Shown here piece by piece: positions 1-12,305 of a DNA stretch of 64,000 nucleotides (the first letter of the stretch is position 1; the number at the start of each line of letters is the position of its first letter). The notes below the pieces were generated by a model. That model had not been told where the DNA came from, ran no database searches, and worked only from the letters and a program-made list of their open reading frames with translations. This stretch comes from Octopus bimaculoides. Taxonomy: Eukaryota. Where the stretch lies: the NCBI RefSeq assembly GCF_001194135.2, contig NC_068997.1, positions 4,740,927 through 4,804,926 on the forward strand, given 5' to 3'. Made by a program: the position numbers and the translations under genes.

Positions 1-82
1 CATTCAAGCGAGTTCGTTGCCAGTCCCGCTGGACTGGCTCCTGTGCAGGTGGCACGTAAAATACACCATCATGATGATGATG
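1..82 (+). mobile_element. 3' fragment of abundant SINE-like family A (GGCACGTAAAA body, (ATG)n tail)
   Basis: Bases 1-69 match 40459-40527 with 3 transitions; ends in a (GAT)n tail like other copies. Confidence 0.8.
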
Positions 83-163
83 AAAATATATATATATTTA
101 TTGATAGAAATGGCAAGACAACAAAAGAATGAAAGAGACCTCGATATTATGTAAATAGAGGAA

Positions 164-611
164 TTTATCTTTAAATATATGTGACAATTATTCGGTAGCC
201 ATGATAAAACTCTGAGTTTCGGATGTAGGGGCGGAAAACCATGCCAGCATCTCTTCAGTTATCAAATCATTGAAAAAAATGCTATGAAAATGGCTGTTAA
301 ACAAAATGGAAATTACTGTGCGATTGACCGTTATTAAGTCAAAAGAGCTATTAGGATGACCGCTAAGTAAGGGGAGGGATCCCTTACCTTTACTCCCTCC
401 CGTTACTTAGCAGTCATCCTAATAGCTCTTTTGTCTTAATAACAGTCAGTCACATAGTAATTTCCCTTTGTTTAACAGTCATTTCCATAGCATTTTTTTC
501 GATGGCCCGATAACTGAAAAGATGGCAGCATGGGTTTCCGCCCTGACATCCGAAACTCGGAGTTTTATCATGGCTACCGAATAATTGTCATATATTATAT
601 TTACAGATAAA
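164..611. mobile_element. Long palindromic (foldback/MITE-like) element
   Basis: 182-TGACAATTATTCGGTAGCCATGATAAAACTC is the exact reverse complement of GAGTTTTATCATGGCTACCGAATAATTGTCA-590. Arm complementarity continues to a short loop at about 380-393. Flanks are TA-rich. Confidence 0.85.
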
Positions 612-717
612 CTATATATATATATATAGGGAGAATTCACAAAAAAACAACAGACGAAGACGGGTGGTGTAGAAAACAAATAGATGTATTAGTATAACGC
701 TCGGGAATTGAAAAAGT

Positions 718-753
718 CTTTAACATTTCGAACCCATGCTCTTCCACAGAAAG
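718..753 (-). ncRNA. Degenerate minimal hammerhead-ribozyme-like motif (Penelope-type)
   Basis: Minus strand reads CTTT-CTGTGGA-A-GAGC(ATGG)GTTC-GAAA-TGTT-AAAG: stem I CUUU/AAAG, stem II GAGC/GUUC. The core deviates from CUGANGA and GAAAC. Confidence 0.35.
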
Positions 754-834
754 GAACACAGAAAGAAACAATGAGAGAAAATAAAATGTGTGTAGTGGTT
801 AGCAATCTATCGTGGCGAAATGATATCATGGCGA

Positions 835-873
<39 letters not shown>

Positions 874-1486
874 NNNNNNNNNNNNNNNNNNNNNNNNNNN
901 NNNNNNNNNNNNNNNNNNNNNNNNNNNNNNNNNNNNNNNNNNNNNNNNNNNNNNNNNNNNNNNNNNNNNNNNNNNNNNNNNNNNNNNNNNNNNNNNNNNN
1001 NNNNNNNNNNNNNNNNNNNNNNNNNNNNNNNNNNNNNNNNNNNNNNNNNNNNNNNNNNNNNNNNNNNNNNNNNNNNNNNNNNNNNNNNNNNNNNNNNNNN
1101 NNNNNNNNNNNNNNNNNNNNNNNNNNNNNNNNNNNNNNNNNNNNNNNNNNNNNNNNNNNNNNNNNNNNNNNNNNNNNNNNNNNNNNNNNNNNNNNNNNNN
1201 NNNNNNNNNNNNNNNNNNNNNNNNNNNNNNNNNNNNNNNNNNNNNNNNNNNNNNNNNNNNNNNNNNNNNNNNNNNNNNNNNNNNNNNNNNNNNNNNNNNN
1301 NNNNNNNNNNNNNNNNNNNNNNNNNNNNNNNNNNNNNNNNNNNNNNNNNNNNNNNNNNNNNNNNNNNNNNNNNNNNNNNNNNNNNNNNNNNNNNNNNNNN
1401 NNNNNNNNNNNNNNNNNNNNNNNNNNNNNNNNNNNNNNNNNNNNNNNNNNNNNNNNNNNNNNNNNNNNNNNNNNNNNNNNNNNNNN
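874..1486. other. Assembly gap (N) flanked by (TA)n; representative of about 15 gaps in the window
   Basis: Other N runs at about 2561-3002, 6378-6553, 7745-8330, 12306-12591, 18161-18871, 19609-19777, 22068-22174, 24315-24324, 25286-25714, 26907-26916, 40629-41228, 42127-42136, 53432-53441, 56382-56623. Most abut microsatellites. Confidence 0.98.
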
Positions 1487-1550
<64 letters not shown>

Positions 1551-2035
1551 TCACATACTCACATATATATATATATACACAATAGATTTTTGTTAGTTTC
1601 ACCACTACTACAATTATCATTGTCTCCCCCACTGCAACCACCATCAGCACTAACACCATAATTTATACCATGCAGTTGTTTTGGGTTGTTTTTTTTAACC
1701 ATTTCTCAAATATTTTCAGTGTTACAACAGCTCATGACATATAGTGGAGTCTAACAAACAGATGGAATAAAATACCAATATTTTGTTTTTTTTAAATAAC
1801 ATTTTGAAAATGACCAAAATTCCTTATTTTAAAAACCAATTTCTCAGTTGGAAAATATTCGAAATTCTTGGGTTCTTTTATTTTTTTATTTTTTTTTACT
1901 TTTCATGATTTATAAAATGTTAAATTTTGGTGATGAGTTTGTTATTTCTCTTGAACAGAATGGTTAATAACATCTCTGCAGGTGGTTGCAGAGATTGAAG
2001 TGGTGGTGATGGTGATACACAGACTTAGAGGAGTC

Positions 2036-2076
<41 letters not shown>

Positions 2077-2521
2077 AAGGGAAAGTAGAGCAAATAGACA
2101 CTGTAATATGTGTGAAACAAAGAGAGAGAGTCAGAAAGATGCTGTCACCATCATCATCATCATCATCATCATTATCATCATCATCATAGTTGCTGGTGTC
2201 AGTTGTAATTATTACATCTTTATATATATCTAGTTATACTTGGAGATGCTAATTTTTTTTGCCAATTAAATATGTGCACCATATATTTGATCTTCACATA
2301 TACTGGCATGGGTTAGATGAAACTTATTGGTATAGATAATCTATGGTTGGATGCTCTCTCCGTCATCAACCTCAACTTGCTTTCCCAGTAAAGTAATTTT
2401 CATGTCCCTGGTCATCACATGTCCGCTGTGCTATGGCACAGCTGTTTATTGGAGAATATAAACTATGTTACTGTTTATCACTCAATGTTAATAAGGACAT
2501 GTAGAATTGCCATGCACACAT

Positions 2522-2560
<39 letters not shown>

Positions 2561-3002
2561 NNNNNNNNNNNNNNNNNNNNNNNNNNNNNNNNNNNNNNNN
2601 NNNNNNNNNNNNNNNNNNNNNNNNNNNNNNNNNNNNNNNNNNNNNNNNNNNNNNNNNNNNNNNNNNNNNNNNNNNNNNNNNNNNNNNNNNNNNNNNNNNN
2701 NNNNNNNNNNNNNNNNNNNNNNNNNNNNNNNNNNNNNNNNNNNNNNNNNNNNNNNNNNNNNNNNNNNNNNNNNNNNNNNNNNNNNNNNNNNNNNNNNNNN
2801 NNNNNNNNNNNNNNNNNNNNNNNNNNNNNNNNNNNNNNNNNNNNNNNNNNNNNNNNNNNNNNNNNNNNNNNNNNNNNNNNNNNNNNNNNNNNNNNNNNNN
2901 NNNNNNNNNNNNNNNNNNNNNNNNNNNNNNNNNNNNNNNNNNNNNNNNNNNNNNNNNNNNNNNNNNNNNNNNNNNNNNNNNNNNNNNNNNNNNNNNNNNN
3001 NN

Positions 3003-3235
3003 GGCACATAAAAGACACCATTTCGAGCGTGGCCGTTTTCGTGCGGGTGACACGTAAAAGCACCCACTACACTCTCTGAGTGGTTGGCGTTAGGAAGGGC
3101 ATCCAGCTGTAGAAACTCTGCCAAATTAGATTGGAGCCTGGTGTTGCCATCCGGTTTCACCAGTCCTCAGTCAAATCGTCCAACCCATGCTAGCATGGAA
3201 AGCGGACGTTAAACGATGATGATGATGATGATGAT
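3003..3235 (+). mobile_element. SINE-like family A copy
   Basis: GGCACGTAAAAGCACCCACTACACTCTC...GTTAGGAAGGGCATCCAGCTGTAGAAAC...CCAACCCATGCTAGCATGGAAAGCGGACGTTAAACG(ATG)n. Homologous segments at about 3660-3850, 17555-17790, 21445-21595, 40292-40628, 43135-43335 (+) and 13040-13330, 16255-16500, 24616-24850, 53005-53180, 60920-61050 (-). Confidence 0.85.
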
Positions 3236-3329
3236 ATATATACACACACACATGTGAAGATAAATAAATAGTGCACATATTTAATTAGCAAAAAGAATTA
3301 CCATCTCCAAGTATAACTATATATATATA

Positions 3330-3510
3330 AAGATCATCTATCCTCCATTTATCCATCTCCCATACACTTTTGCACACCTCTAACCACCCATACTTTTGGT
3401 TCTTCTGTCTCCAACTTTTACTCACCTTGTGCCTCAGAACTCCACCTAAGCACCTCATCACCACTATTTTTATCTCTTCCCATCTCCACCCTGGGCACCA
3501 CTTCTCCACA
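3330..3510 (-). mobile_element. Possible decayed RTE-clade LINE 3' fragment
   Basis: Minus ORF ...VVMRCLGGVLRHKVSKSWRQKNQ... weakly resembles the RTE RT C-terminal EMRCLRRIL..VSN region. Confidence 0.3.
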
Positions 3511-4640
3511 CTCTTTTCTAAAATGTGAGGAGCCTTATAACTCTTTTACAAGAAAGTTGTTCTGCTCTGGCCTCTTCTTTCATACTTTAATCTTTCATCT
3601 CTTTACATAAAGCCACAACTCTATTGGGGTTTATAATTTTTGCAAGCTGCATTGTGGCTTCACTTGTGCTGGTGGCACCAAAAATGCACCCAATAATGCT
3701 ATTTACATACTTTCAAATGATTGCTGTTAGGAAGGGTATCCAGGCATAGACCATGTCAAAGTAGAAATAGAGCATAATGTAGTCCTTGGACTTTTAAATC
3801 CTGTCAATCTGTCTAACCCATGCCAACATGGAACATGGATGTTAACTGAAGAGGAGATATATATGTTGGCAATCAACTAAAATTTGCATGTATAAGATAT
3901 AAATAGATATATAATGACATATGTATACGTGTATATGTGTGTGTATGTATGTACGTGTGTATGTGTGTGTGTGTATGTATGTATGTGTGTGTGTGTCTGT
4001 GTGTGTATATATATATATATATATATAAAACAGCGATCGACAAAAAACTTGTATAACAAAATATAAATAGATATATCACAATATATATACAGGTGATCAA
4101 CTAAAATATGTATGTATAAGATATAAATAGATATGTAATGATATATATATATATATATATATATATTGATGATTGTCTAAAATATGTGCGTGAAATAGCA
4201 TATAAATAGATATATTAAGCATTATAATGGTAATTGACTAAATTATGTAGATTTATTTAGAAATGTTTTTTATTGCTTTAAACATTAAAAAAAATTATAT
4301 TTATATATTGATGTAGATTTAGCAAGATAAGATGAGAGACAAGATATATGTCGACAGTCTGGAATTGTTCACAGACTTAACAGGAAGTAATGTTTGGCAA
4401 AAGATAGAAAAAAATATATATTGTTATGAAGACAAAATATTAATAATATTATTATTAATATATAATAATATAACAGTGCCATTAATGTTATTATTAATAG
4501 TAATGTTGAGAGTGGTGCATTGCCAGAATTGTTAGAGTGTTGGATAAAAATGCTTTGCAGTATGTTCTGGTACATTCCAATCTGAAATCAATACAGTTGT
4601 TGATGTTAAAGAGAGTTTACATTCCCATGTACCCTTAAAG

Positions 4641-4873
4641 CAATGTTTCTCAACCATTTATTACCTGTGAACCCCTTTGATTGCTATTTTACTCGAATTG
4701 ACCCTCATAACCATTCAATGTTTAAAAAAACCTATTATATTTTTATAATTAAATATTATTAAACATTGTATTTTAAAAAACGCTAAAATATTGTGTGTTG
4801 TAGAAATATAACCAATTTATTGCACATATATTTTAACAACAAAATCTTATAGGGAACCCCAAGACAATATGGA
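4641..4873. mobile_element. Non-autonomous hAT MITE
   Basis: Starts with TIR-like CAATGTTTCTCAACC. The 8-bp direct repeat CCTTAAAG lies at 4633-4640 and 4874-4881. Body is homologous to 35194-35415. Right TIR is degenerate. Confidence 0.65.
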
Positions 4874-5159
4874 CCTTAAAGGAACAAGCAGTGCTGAGAG
4901 AAAATTCATTCAGAATTCTCAATGATCAGTATTTTTCTGAAGAAAACAGGAAGAAGCTAGTTACTGTTTTGTGACATAGATATGGAAATCAGAATCCTGG
5001 CCAAAAGGACTCTACGTCAGATTTTCATTACCTGAGCAAGCTATATCTGAGGAGCGGGGCACTGATGAGGAAATGGGATATGTAGCACATGTCATGCTTA
5101 CCAAATATCCTTCTTCTAATGCAAATGTGCAGAAAAAATAATATCCCTGAATATATAAA

Positions 5160-5410
5160 TATACATACATTATTATCATCATCATTATTTTAATGTCAAG
5201 TTGTTCATGCTTGTATAAGTCTGAGGAGGCTTTGTTGAAGCAGATTCTTCTGCAGCTGGATGCTCTTCCTGTTGGATGCTCTTCCTGTTGGATGCTCTTC
5301 CTGTCTTCACCTGTTTCCAAGAAAAGTAATATTTCCCTTCGTCTATTGAACAGTAAACAGTCTAGACAGGCTTTCGTGAAGGATTGTAAACAAATGACAC
5401 TGCTTTTATG
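5160..5410 (-). mobile_element. SINE-like family B copy (with local 16-bp triplication GGATGCTCTTCCTGTT)
   Basis: Shares CACCTGTTTCCAAGnAAAGTAATATTTCCC / CAGATTTTCTATGG blocks with about 2290-2420, 8980-9200, 12610-12780, 51660-51900. Confidence 0.7.
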
Positions 5411-5530
5411 AGTGGTGGGTTTTCTTTTGTTTACAGTTAGCATATACATACATGGATGTATCCATGCATGCATGCGTACATATGTGCATGCATACTTACA
5501 GGCATGTATACATATTGGTGCATACACAGG

Positions 5531-5533
<3 letters not shown>

Positions 5534-5611
<78 letters not shown>
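5534..5611. repeat. (CA)n microsatellite
   Basis: Uninterrupted CA run; one of dozens in the window. Confidence 0.97.
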
Positions 5612-5613
<2 letters not shown>

Positions 5614-6670
5614 CTGCTTTATCCTATATAAAATGAATGTTGTAAGAGTAATTACTTGCAGCAAGTGAATACACTTCCCTGATGATATTGAACAAGAACA
5701 AACCATATCTGTTGCTGTTCCCAGTTGGCTACAAAGACAGGGTTCACTATTAACTGTATCTGTTTTAATTTCCCAAATATTTCAGTCAGCTGATGTTGCA
5801 AGAGTTATCTCTCTTACTTAATGTTTTTCAATTTGAACTCCCTCTAGAGGAAGTTTCTAACTTCAAATTTACAGTGATAATATCACTTGATTGAAATTTT
5901 GTTACTGACTATATTACGCAAGATTCTGTTTTGTGTGTGTTTGTGCATTGGTGTCAGTATGCATGTGTGACTGTGTGTGAGATTGTGAGTGTTTGTGTAT
6001 GTAAGTGTAAAGCTGCAGTTGATTTTTTTTTCCCTGGTGATTTCCATTTAAGCCATGAAACCATACACACAGGTCCCACGGGAGGTTAACTGTCTTCCTG
6101 TGTCTACTATATTTTTGTGTGTTTGTGTGTGTGTGTGTGTGTTTTTAGCTGTGGTGGTAGTGTGAAGGTGGTTGGCTGGTTAGTTGGTTGGTGATTCTGA
6201 ATTGTTTTTTAAGGAAAATTTGGAACAAAGAAATAGGAGTAAAAAATAATAAATTTGGTTTCCAGAGTTAAGTGAGGTATTTTAATTTTGTTTAATGGAA
6301 AAACAGTGGAAGAACATTAAAAGAAGATGAGGTCATGCCCACACACAAACACACACACTCATGTGTGTATATATATANNNNNNNNNNNNNNNNNNNNNNN
6401 NNNNNNNNNNNNNNNNNNNNNNNNNNNNNNNNNNNNNNNNNNNNNNNNNNNNNNNNNNNNNNNNNNNNNNNNNNNNNNNNNNNNNNNNNNNNNNNNNNNN
6501 NNNNNNNNNNNNNNNNNNNNNNNNNNNNNNNNNNNNNNNNNNNNNNNNNNNNNTATATATATATATATATATATATATATTTACATACATACACAGACAC
6601 ACCTTACTGTACATATACATTCACGCAAATGTACTACAATACATTTATAACCACATATATCACATACACA

Positions 6671-6711
<41 letters not shown>

Positions 6712-7643
6712 ACAACAAATGCATCCTGGTTACATACTCATACCATTTTTTATCACACATGCACTGTGTAAAGCACACATTATATACAAGACATTATTAC
6801 ATGTCATATCACATCTGATACACGTTACATACAACATGCATTATATACCACACATTTCATTACAACATACATTAAATGCAATAAATAACATGCAACACAC
6901 AGTACGTACGCATACAGGTTACATCTTTGGCATCACCCAACATACCAGTAGACTTAAACAGAGAGAGAGAGAGAGAGCATAGGAGACAGAGAGTGATTAC
7001 CTTTAATTTTTGTCAGAGAATATAATTAATATAACAGCCACTTCTGACCTTGGGCTACATTACTTTATTGATGGTGATGATGATGATGATCATGGTTGTT
7101 ATGGTAAGGATGATTAACTGGTCACCAATCTTTAAACAACTTTCATATCTGTCAAACCCCACCTACTAACCACTCCACCAGCCTCACCAACCGTCCCCAC
7201 ACATCTACCACATCTATCACTGCACACCTCGCCCCATTTTTTATACACCCATTCAATGTCTTTTAATGAATATCATTTCTAATTGTTATATAGACAGTTA
7301 CAACAATAACTACACTACACACCACAACACACAACTGTGTATACTACTTTATACCATAATGAATCACTGATAAAGGTTGAGGAAGCCCTATTAAACCCAA
7401 CTTATTGGGGCCTTTTCACAATTGAAAATATCTTAACCCTTTTTGCTCCAACAATATAAAAAAAAGCAACCACTAATAATTCACAAATACATGACACCAC
7501 ATATAATACCAACTCAACTAACATTATCATAATGAACCAATAAATGCCATAACGAACCAACAAACGCCATAACGAACCACTACACACTGCAACACACAAT
7601 TACACATTATTCACTACACATCACGATACACCACTCTGTACAC

Positions 7644-7744
7644 TGCACACATTACACACCTCTACACAAGACTTCACCACATCATACGTTACAGCACACA
7701 TTACACACCTCTACACAAGACTTCACCACATCATACGTTACAGC
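7644..7744. repeat. About 49-bp tandem minisatellite running into a gap
   Basis: GCACACATTACACACCTCTACACAAGACTTCACCACATCATACGTTACA occurs twice in tandem; degenerate units continue after the gap at about 8340-8700. Confidence 0.85.
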
Positions 7745-9829
7745 NNNNNNNNNNNNNNNNNNNNNNNNNNNNNNNNNNNNNNNNNNNNNNNNNNNNNNNN
7801 NNNNNNNNNNNNNNNNNNNNNNNNNNNNNNNNNNNNNNNNNNNNNNNNNNNNNNNNNNNNNNNNNNNNNNNNNNNNNNNNNNNNNNNNNNNNNNNNNNNN
7901 NNNNNNNNNNNNNNNNNNNNNNNNNNNNNNNNNNNNNNNNNNNNNNNNNNNNNNNNNNNNNNNNNNNNNNNNNNNNNNNNNNNNNNNNNNNNNNNNNNNN
8001 NNNNNNNNNNNNNNNNNNNNNNNNNNNNNNNNNNNNNNNNNNNNNNNNNNNNNNNNNNNNNNNNNNNNNNNNNNNNNNNNNNNNNNNNNNNNNNNNNNNN
8101 NNNNNNNNNNNNNNNNNNNNNNNNNNNNNNNNNNNNNNNNNNNNNNNNNNNNNNNNNNNNNNNNNNNNNNNNNNNNNNNNNNNNNNNNNNNNNNNNNNNN
8201 NNNNNNNNNNNNNNNNNNNNNNNNNNNNNNNNNNNNNNNNNNNNNNNNNNNNNNNNNNNNNNNNNNNNNNNNNNNNNNNNNNNNNNNNNNNNNNNNNNNN
8301 NNNNNNNNNNNNNNNNNNNNNNNNNNNNNNCATTAAAGCATATCACTGTACACCACTACACGCAGCTACACACCTCTGCACAACACTTCACCACACAACA
8401 CCACACTTACACTACACTGCACAGTTCTACACTACCTACACCCTACTGTCCTACATTACACTACATTGCCTTTACACAATGCTGCACAGTTTTACATTAT
8501 AAGCTCTCCCCTACACTAACCTACATGCCCTTCATTACACTGCACCATACAAGCCTATACTACACTATCCTACAATACACTGGCCTACATACACTATGCT
8601 GCCTAATACTACACTGTCCTACACTACCCTGCCCTACTTTTCACAACGCTACATTGTACTGTTTACACTATAATGCACTGCCCTACATTACAGTACTCTA
8701 ACATTAGCAAGCAAATGTCCTCCAATTGTACACTATTTTCTTGTAAATGTATGAGGATACTTTGGATAATGTAGTACTTGCTAATTTTACAAAGATAGGC
8801 AGATCTCAGCTGGAATATTCTCTTTTTTTTTATAGCATCTGTGTGGAGGAAAGGCTGTACCCATATCTCTCACAGACCCTCTTTGACCTGTTACATTGGC
8901 AGTATGTTTCTTGTGTTGAACTATGACTGAGTTTAGTGGTTAGTGCAAGTCTTGATGTTGATGGCAGAGGAGACAGGTGATGTAGGAGTATCAGATTAAA
9001 TATGGTAAAAAAGATTTCATGGAGCAGAGACCATTGGTGTATCAATAGAAACAGTAAAGAGAGAGGGAAGATGCAGTGTGTGTGTGTTTCCAAGCAAAGT
9101 AATATTTCCCCATGGCCAGCAAGGTTTTCATAGAAGATTGGAAATGAATAACATTGCTTACTTGACATTGACAATCATTTATGTAATTTCAAGACAATTA
9201 TATATATGTACACACGCACACGCACGCGCACACACACACACACACATGACAGGCTTCTTTCAGATTCTGTCTACAAAATACATTCGCAAAGCTTTGGTCA
9301 TCCCATAAGTATTGCTTTTCTGTTGATGGTCTAACAAAAGTAGAAATTAGTTAAAATGATCCCTTTCTCTGCACACCTGTATTTGTAATCCTTAAAAAAT
9401 TATATTATGAGGGCTGCTTTACTTTACTGGTTTTGAAAAAAGTTATAAATGTTGCTTTAGCTCTTCTGACTGAGATAAGAAAAATATTCCATGCACCAAC
9501 CCACCCATCTACATCATTTAATAGAGAAAATATAATTTGGATTGTTATGCTTTAGTTAGCATGAAATTTTCCTTTAGAATGAATTCTGTTTTTCCAAAAC
9601 GTTTTTTCATGCTTCCACCGGTTGTCACATAATTCTTGTGTTGCAGAGTCTGTGATTCATAAAAGATATATTAAGTCTGATATTAAATTCTCAATGGAGC
9701 CATTAATGAGATAATCAACGATTAAATTAGATATGTTATGATAGCTGACTCATTTAAGTGAGCCATTTGACATGGAAGGATGTAATCAGTAAAACGTCTG
9801 TATTAAAACAGCTACCTATCTCTCTCTCT

Positions 9830-9870
9830 ATATATCTATCTCTCTCTCTATCTATCTATCTATCTATCTA

Positions 9871-9946
<76 letters not shown>
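9830..9946. repeat. (CT)n/(ATCT)n/(TA)n compound microsatellite
   Basis: Direct reading. Confidence 0.95.
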
Positions 9947-9949
<3 letters not shown>

Positions 9950-10599
9950 TCTCTATTATGGTTGTTGGAGCAGCAGACTCTCTTCTACTCCTTACTCCTA
10001 ACATAGGGACTGGTTCACTAATCAGTGAAGGGAACTTTCACATAGTCTATTAACCTGTTTGTTCAATAAGGAAAGCTCCACCAAGTCAATTGATATGTTA
10101 ATGATAGCAGCCAAATATTCATCAAATCATACTCTACTGTCTTTAAAAGTGGATGATATGGAGTCAGGTAGTCAAGATCTTGACTCACAAGTGTAAGGTC
10201 ATGGGTTCAGTTTCTGGACAAAGCAGTGCTTACTACCACAAATAATAATGATGCCTTTTATTGGCCACAAGGATCCAAATAATAATAACTGTTTCTAACA
10301 TAGTTTCAAAGTCAGGCATTTATGTTGGTGGGATTCAGGAATAGTTGCTCATAATGATCCCAGTATTTGACTAGTATTTTATTCTATTGAACTCAAAGTG
10401 ATGAATGGCAAAGTTAACCTTAGCAGAATTTGAACTTAGAATGTTAAGACTCACATAAAATACCTCAAAGTAACATTGAGTATAACAGATTTATAACAGA
10501 TGTTAATGACTTCATATACTGTGCAGTCTCTGTTACTATAGAAATTCTTGGAATTTCTCAAAGAATTTGTAGAAATTCTTGTACAAATTTCTACAAATC

Positions 10600-12050
10600 A
10601 GCAGGAAAAAAGGAGCGAAAACACATGTCGAAAACTGAGATTTGAGAATCAAGTTGATGGTTCAACAGAGATCTTGGAATAATAAAAGCTATAATTGAAA
10701 AGATGACAAAAGAAAGATACAACAAATTTCAAAGAAAGTACATTCGACATTGTCAGGTAAAAATAAAAGCTAAATACCAACAAAGACTAAACCAATATCA
10801 GCAGAACATGCTCTTCAGAAACAATGAAAGGAAATTTTACCAATAGCTGAACAATAAGAACGAACATCAAGGGAGTGATGTGCCAGATGCTGAAACAGCA
10901 AGGAGATTTTGGTCGGATATTTGGAGTAAAGAAGTTCAACATAACAGGGAAACAGGCTGAATATGGAAATTTAAAAGCAAAATGGGAAATTGGTCAAGAC
11001 AAGAGAAGATAAATACTACAGAAGAGAAAGTGAAAATGATGTTTAAAAAATTGGCAAATTGGAAAACGTTCTGACCTGATGGTGTTTGGAGCTCATGGCT
11101 CAAAGTTTTCCAAGCATCCACAGTTATGCGCAACTATTTTTTAACTGGTAGTATAGAAAATGGAACATCAACATAGATGAGAAAAGTAAAGACAGTGCTA
11201 ATACAGAAGGATGTCAGTAATCATGAACCAAATTCTAATTACATGCTTACCATTACTATAGAAGTTACTAGCTGGCCTCTTAACAGATGAAGTGAATAGC
11301 TTTGTGGAGAAGGAGAATAGCTAAAAGGATGCAGAAAGAAGTTAAGAGGAACTACTGATCTAGCATGATATAAAATGAAGTATGACTAGAAAAGAAGAAT
11401 TTAGCTGTTGGTTGGATAGACTGAAAGCATGCTATCTTTGGATGATCTTGAACTGTACATGAAAAATTAAAAACACCTGAATTCTTCAATCCAATCAGCA
11501 AGAATATTTAGCCAGGATATTGGTATGCATTTAGTAGTGTGCAGTTTTAATTATGAAGAGAGGCTGAAAGATTAAATCTGATGGCATTATACCATCAGAT
11601 ACTACAAACTGTTATCATTAGATCACTGAGAGATAATGAAGGATACAAGTATCTAAGGATGCTGCAGGATGATAAAGTAAGGGAAAAAGTAATGAGAGCA
11701 AGAAATCTCCAAGTAAAAGAGAAGGATAAGGAAGCTGCTGAAAACGAAGCCAACTGAAGGTAATGTCATCACAGCAATCAATATGTGGGCTACACCAGAG
11801 TTGAAATATACTGCTCCTTTTCTGTAATGAACAAAGACAGAGACACAGGAATTGGAAGAACTAGGAATCTACTCACAATGCATAATGCACTCCACCTTAA
11901 AAGTAATATGAACAGGCTTGACTTACTAAATGGGAAGGAGGCAGGTGCTTGTTAAATGCAAAAAATGCTATCAATGCTGCAATATTGGGTTTGAATAATT
12001 ATGTTGTACATTGTGAAGAAAGAATAGTATCTGTAACCAGAAATATCAAA
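10600..12050 (+). mobile_element. Decayed Dong/R4-clade (RLE) non-LTR retrotransposon, RT region
   Basis: Frameshifted motifs in the expected order: QNMLFRNNERKFYQ, PDAETARRFWSDIW, NWK..PDGV..SWLK, KTVLIQKD, KGCRKKLRGTTDL, LDDLELY (YxDD), FSQDIGM, GYKYLRML, NVITAINMWATP, HNALHLKSNMNRL. Confidence 0.85.
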
Positions 12051-12099
12051 TAAGTCACTCACTTTCCACTCACTCCTTGACTGGTATTTTATCATATCA

Positions 12100-12155
12100 A
12101 CCTGTTCAATGACAAAATTCTGTGCTGCAGCACAGAATTTTGTCAATGAACAGGT
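12100..12155. repeat. 56-bp loopless palindrome
   Basis: ACCTGTTCAATGACAAAATTCTGTGCTG|CAGCACAGAATTTTGTCAATGAACAGGT; 27 of 28 pairs are complementary. Confidence 0.95.
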
Positions 12156-12270
12156 CGCAGTCTCAAAGCGACGAAAATATTTTGACAAATTAAATTTAAA
12201 TGCTGAAGTGAAACTAACGGATTTTGTGTGTTATTTTAAATGGCTTATAAACACCTTCCACGCTGCAATT

Positions 12271-12305
<35 letters not shown>

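Noticed and set aside
708-1661. Long ORFs containing X runs (also at 2.4-3.1, 6.3, 7.7, 12.2, 18.1, 19.6, 22.0, 25.3, 40.2-41.3 and 56.3 kb)
   Set aside because: They are open only because N gaps and (TA)n/(CA)n contain no stops; not genes.
7644-7744. Regular direct repeats superficially like a CRISPR array
   Set aside because: Contiguous tandem units without unique spacers, in a eukaryotic context with no cas genes.
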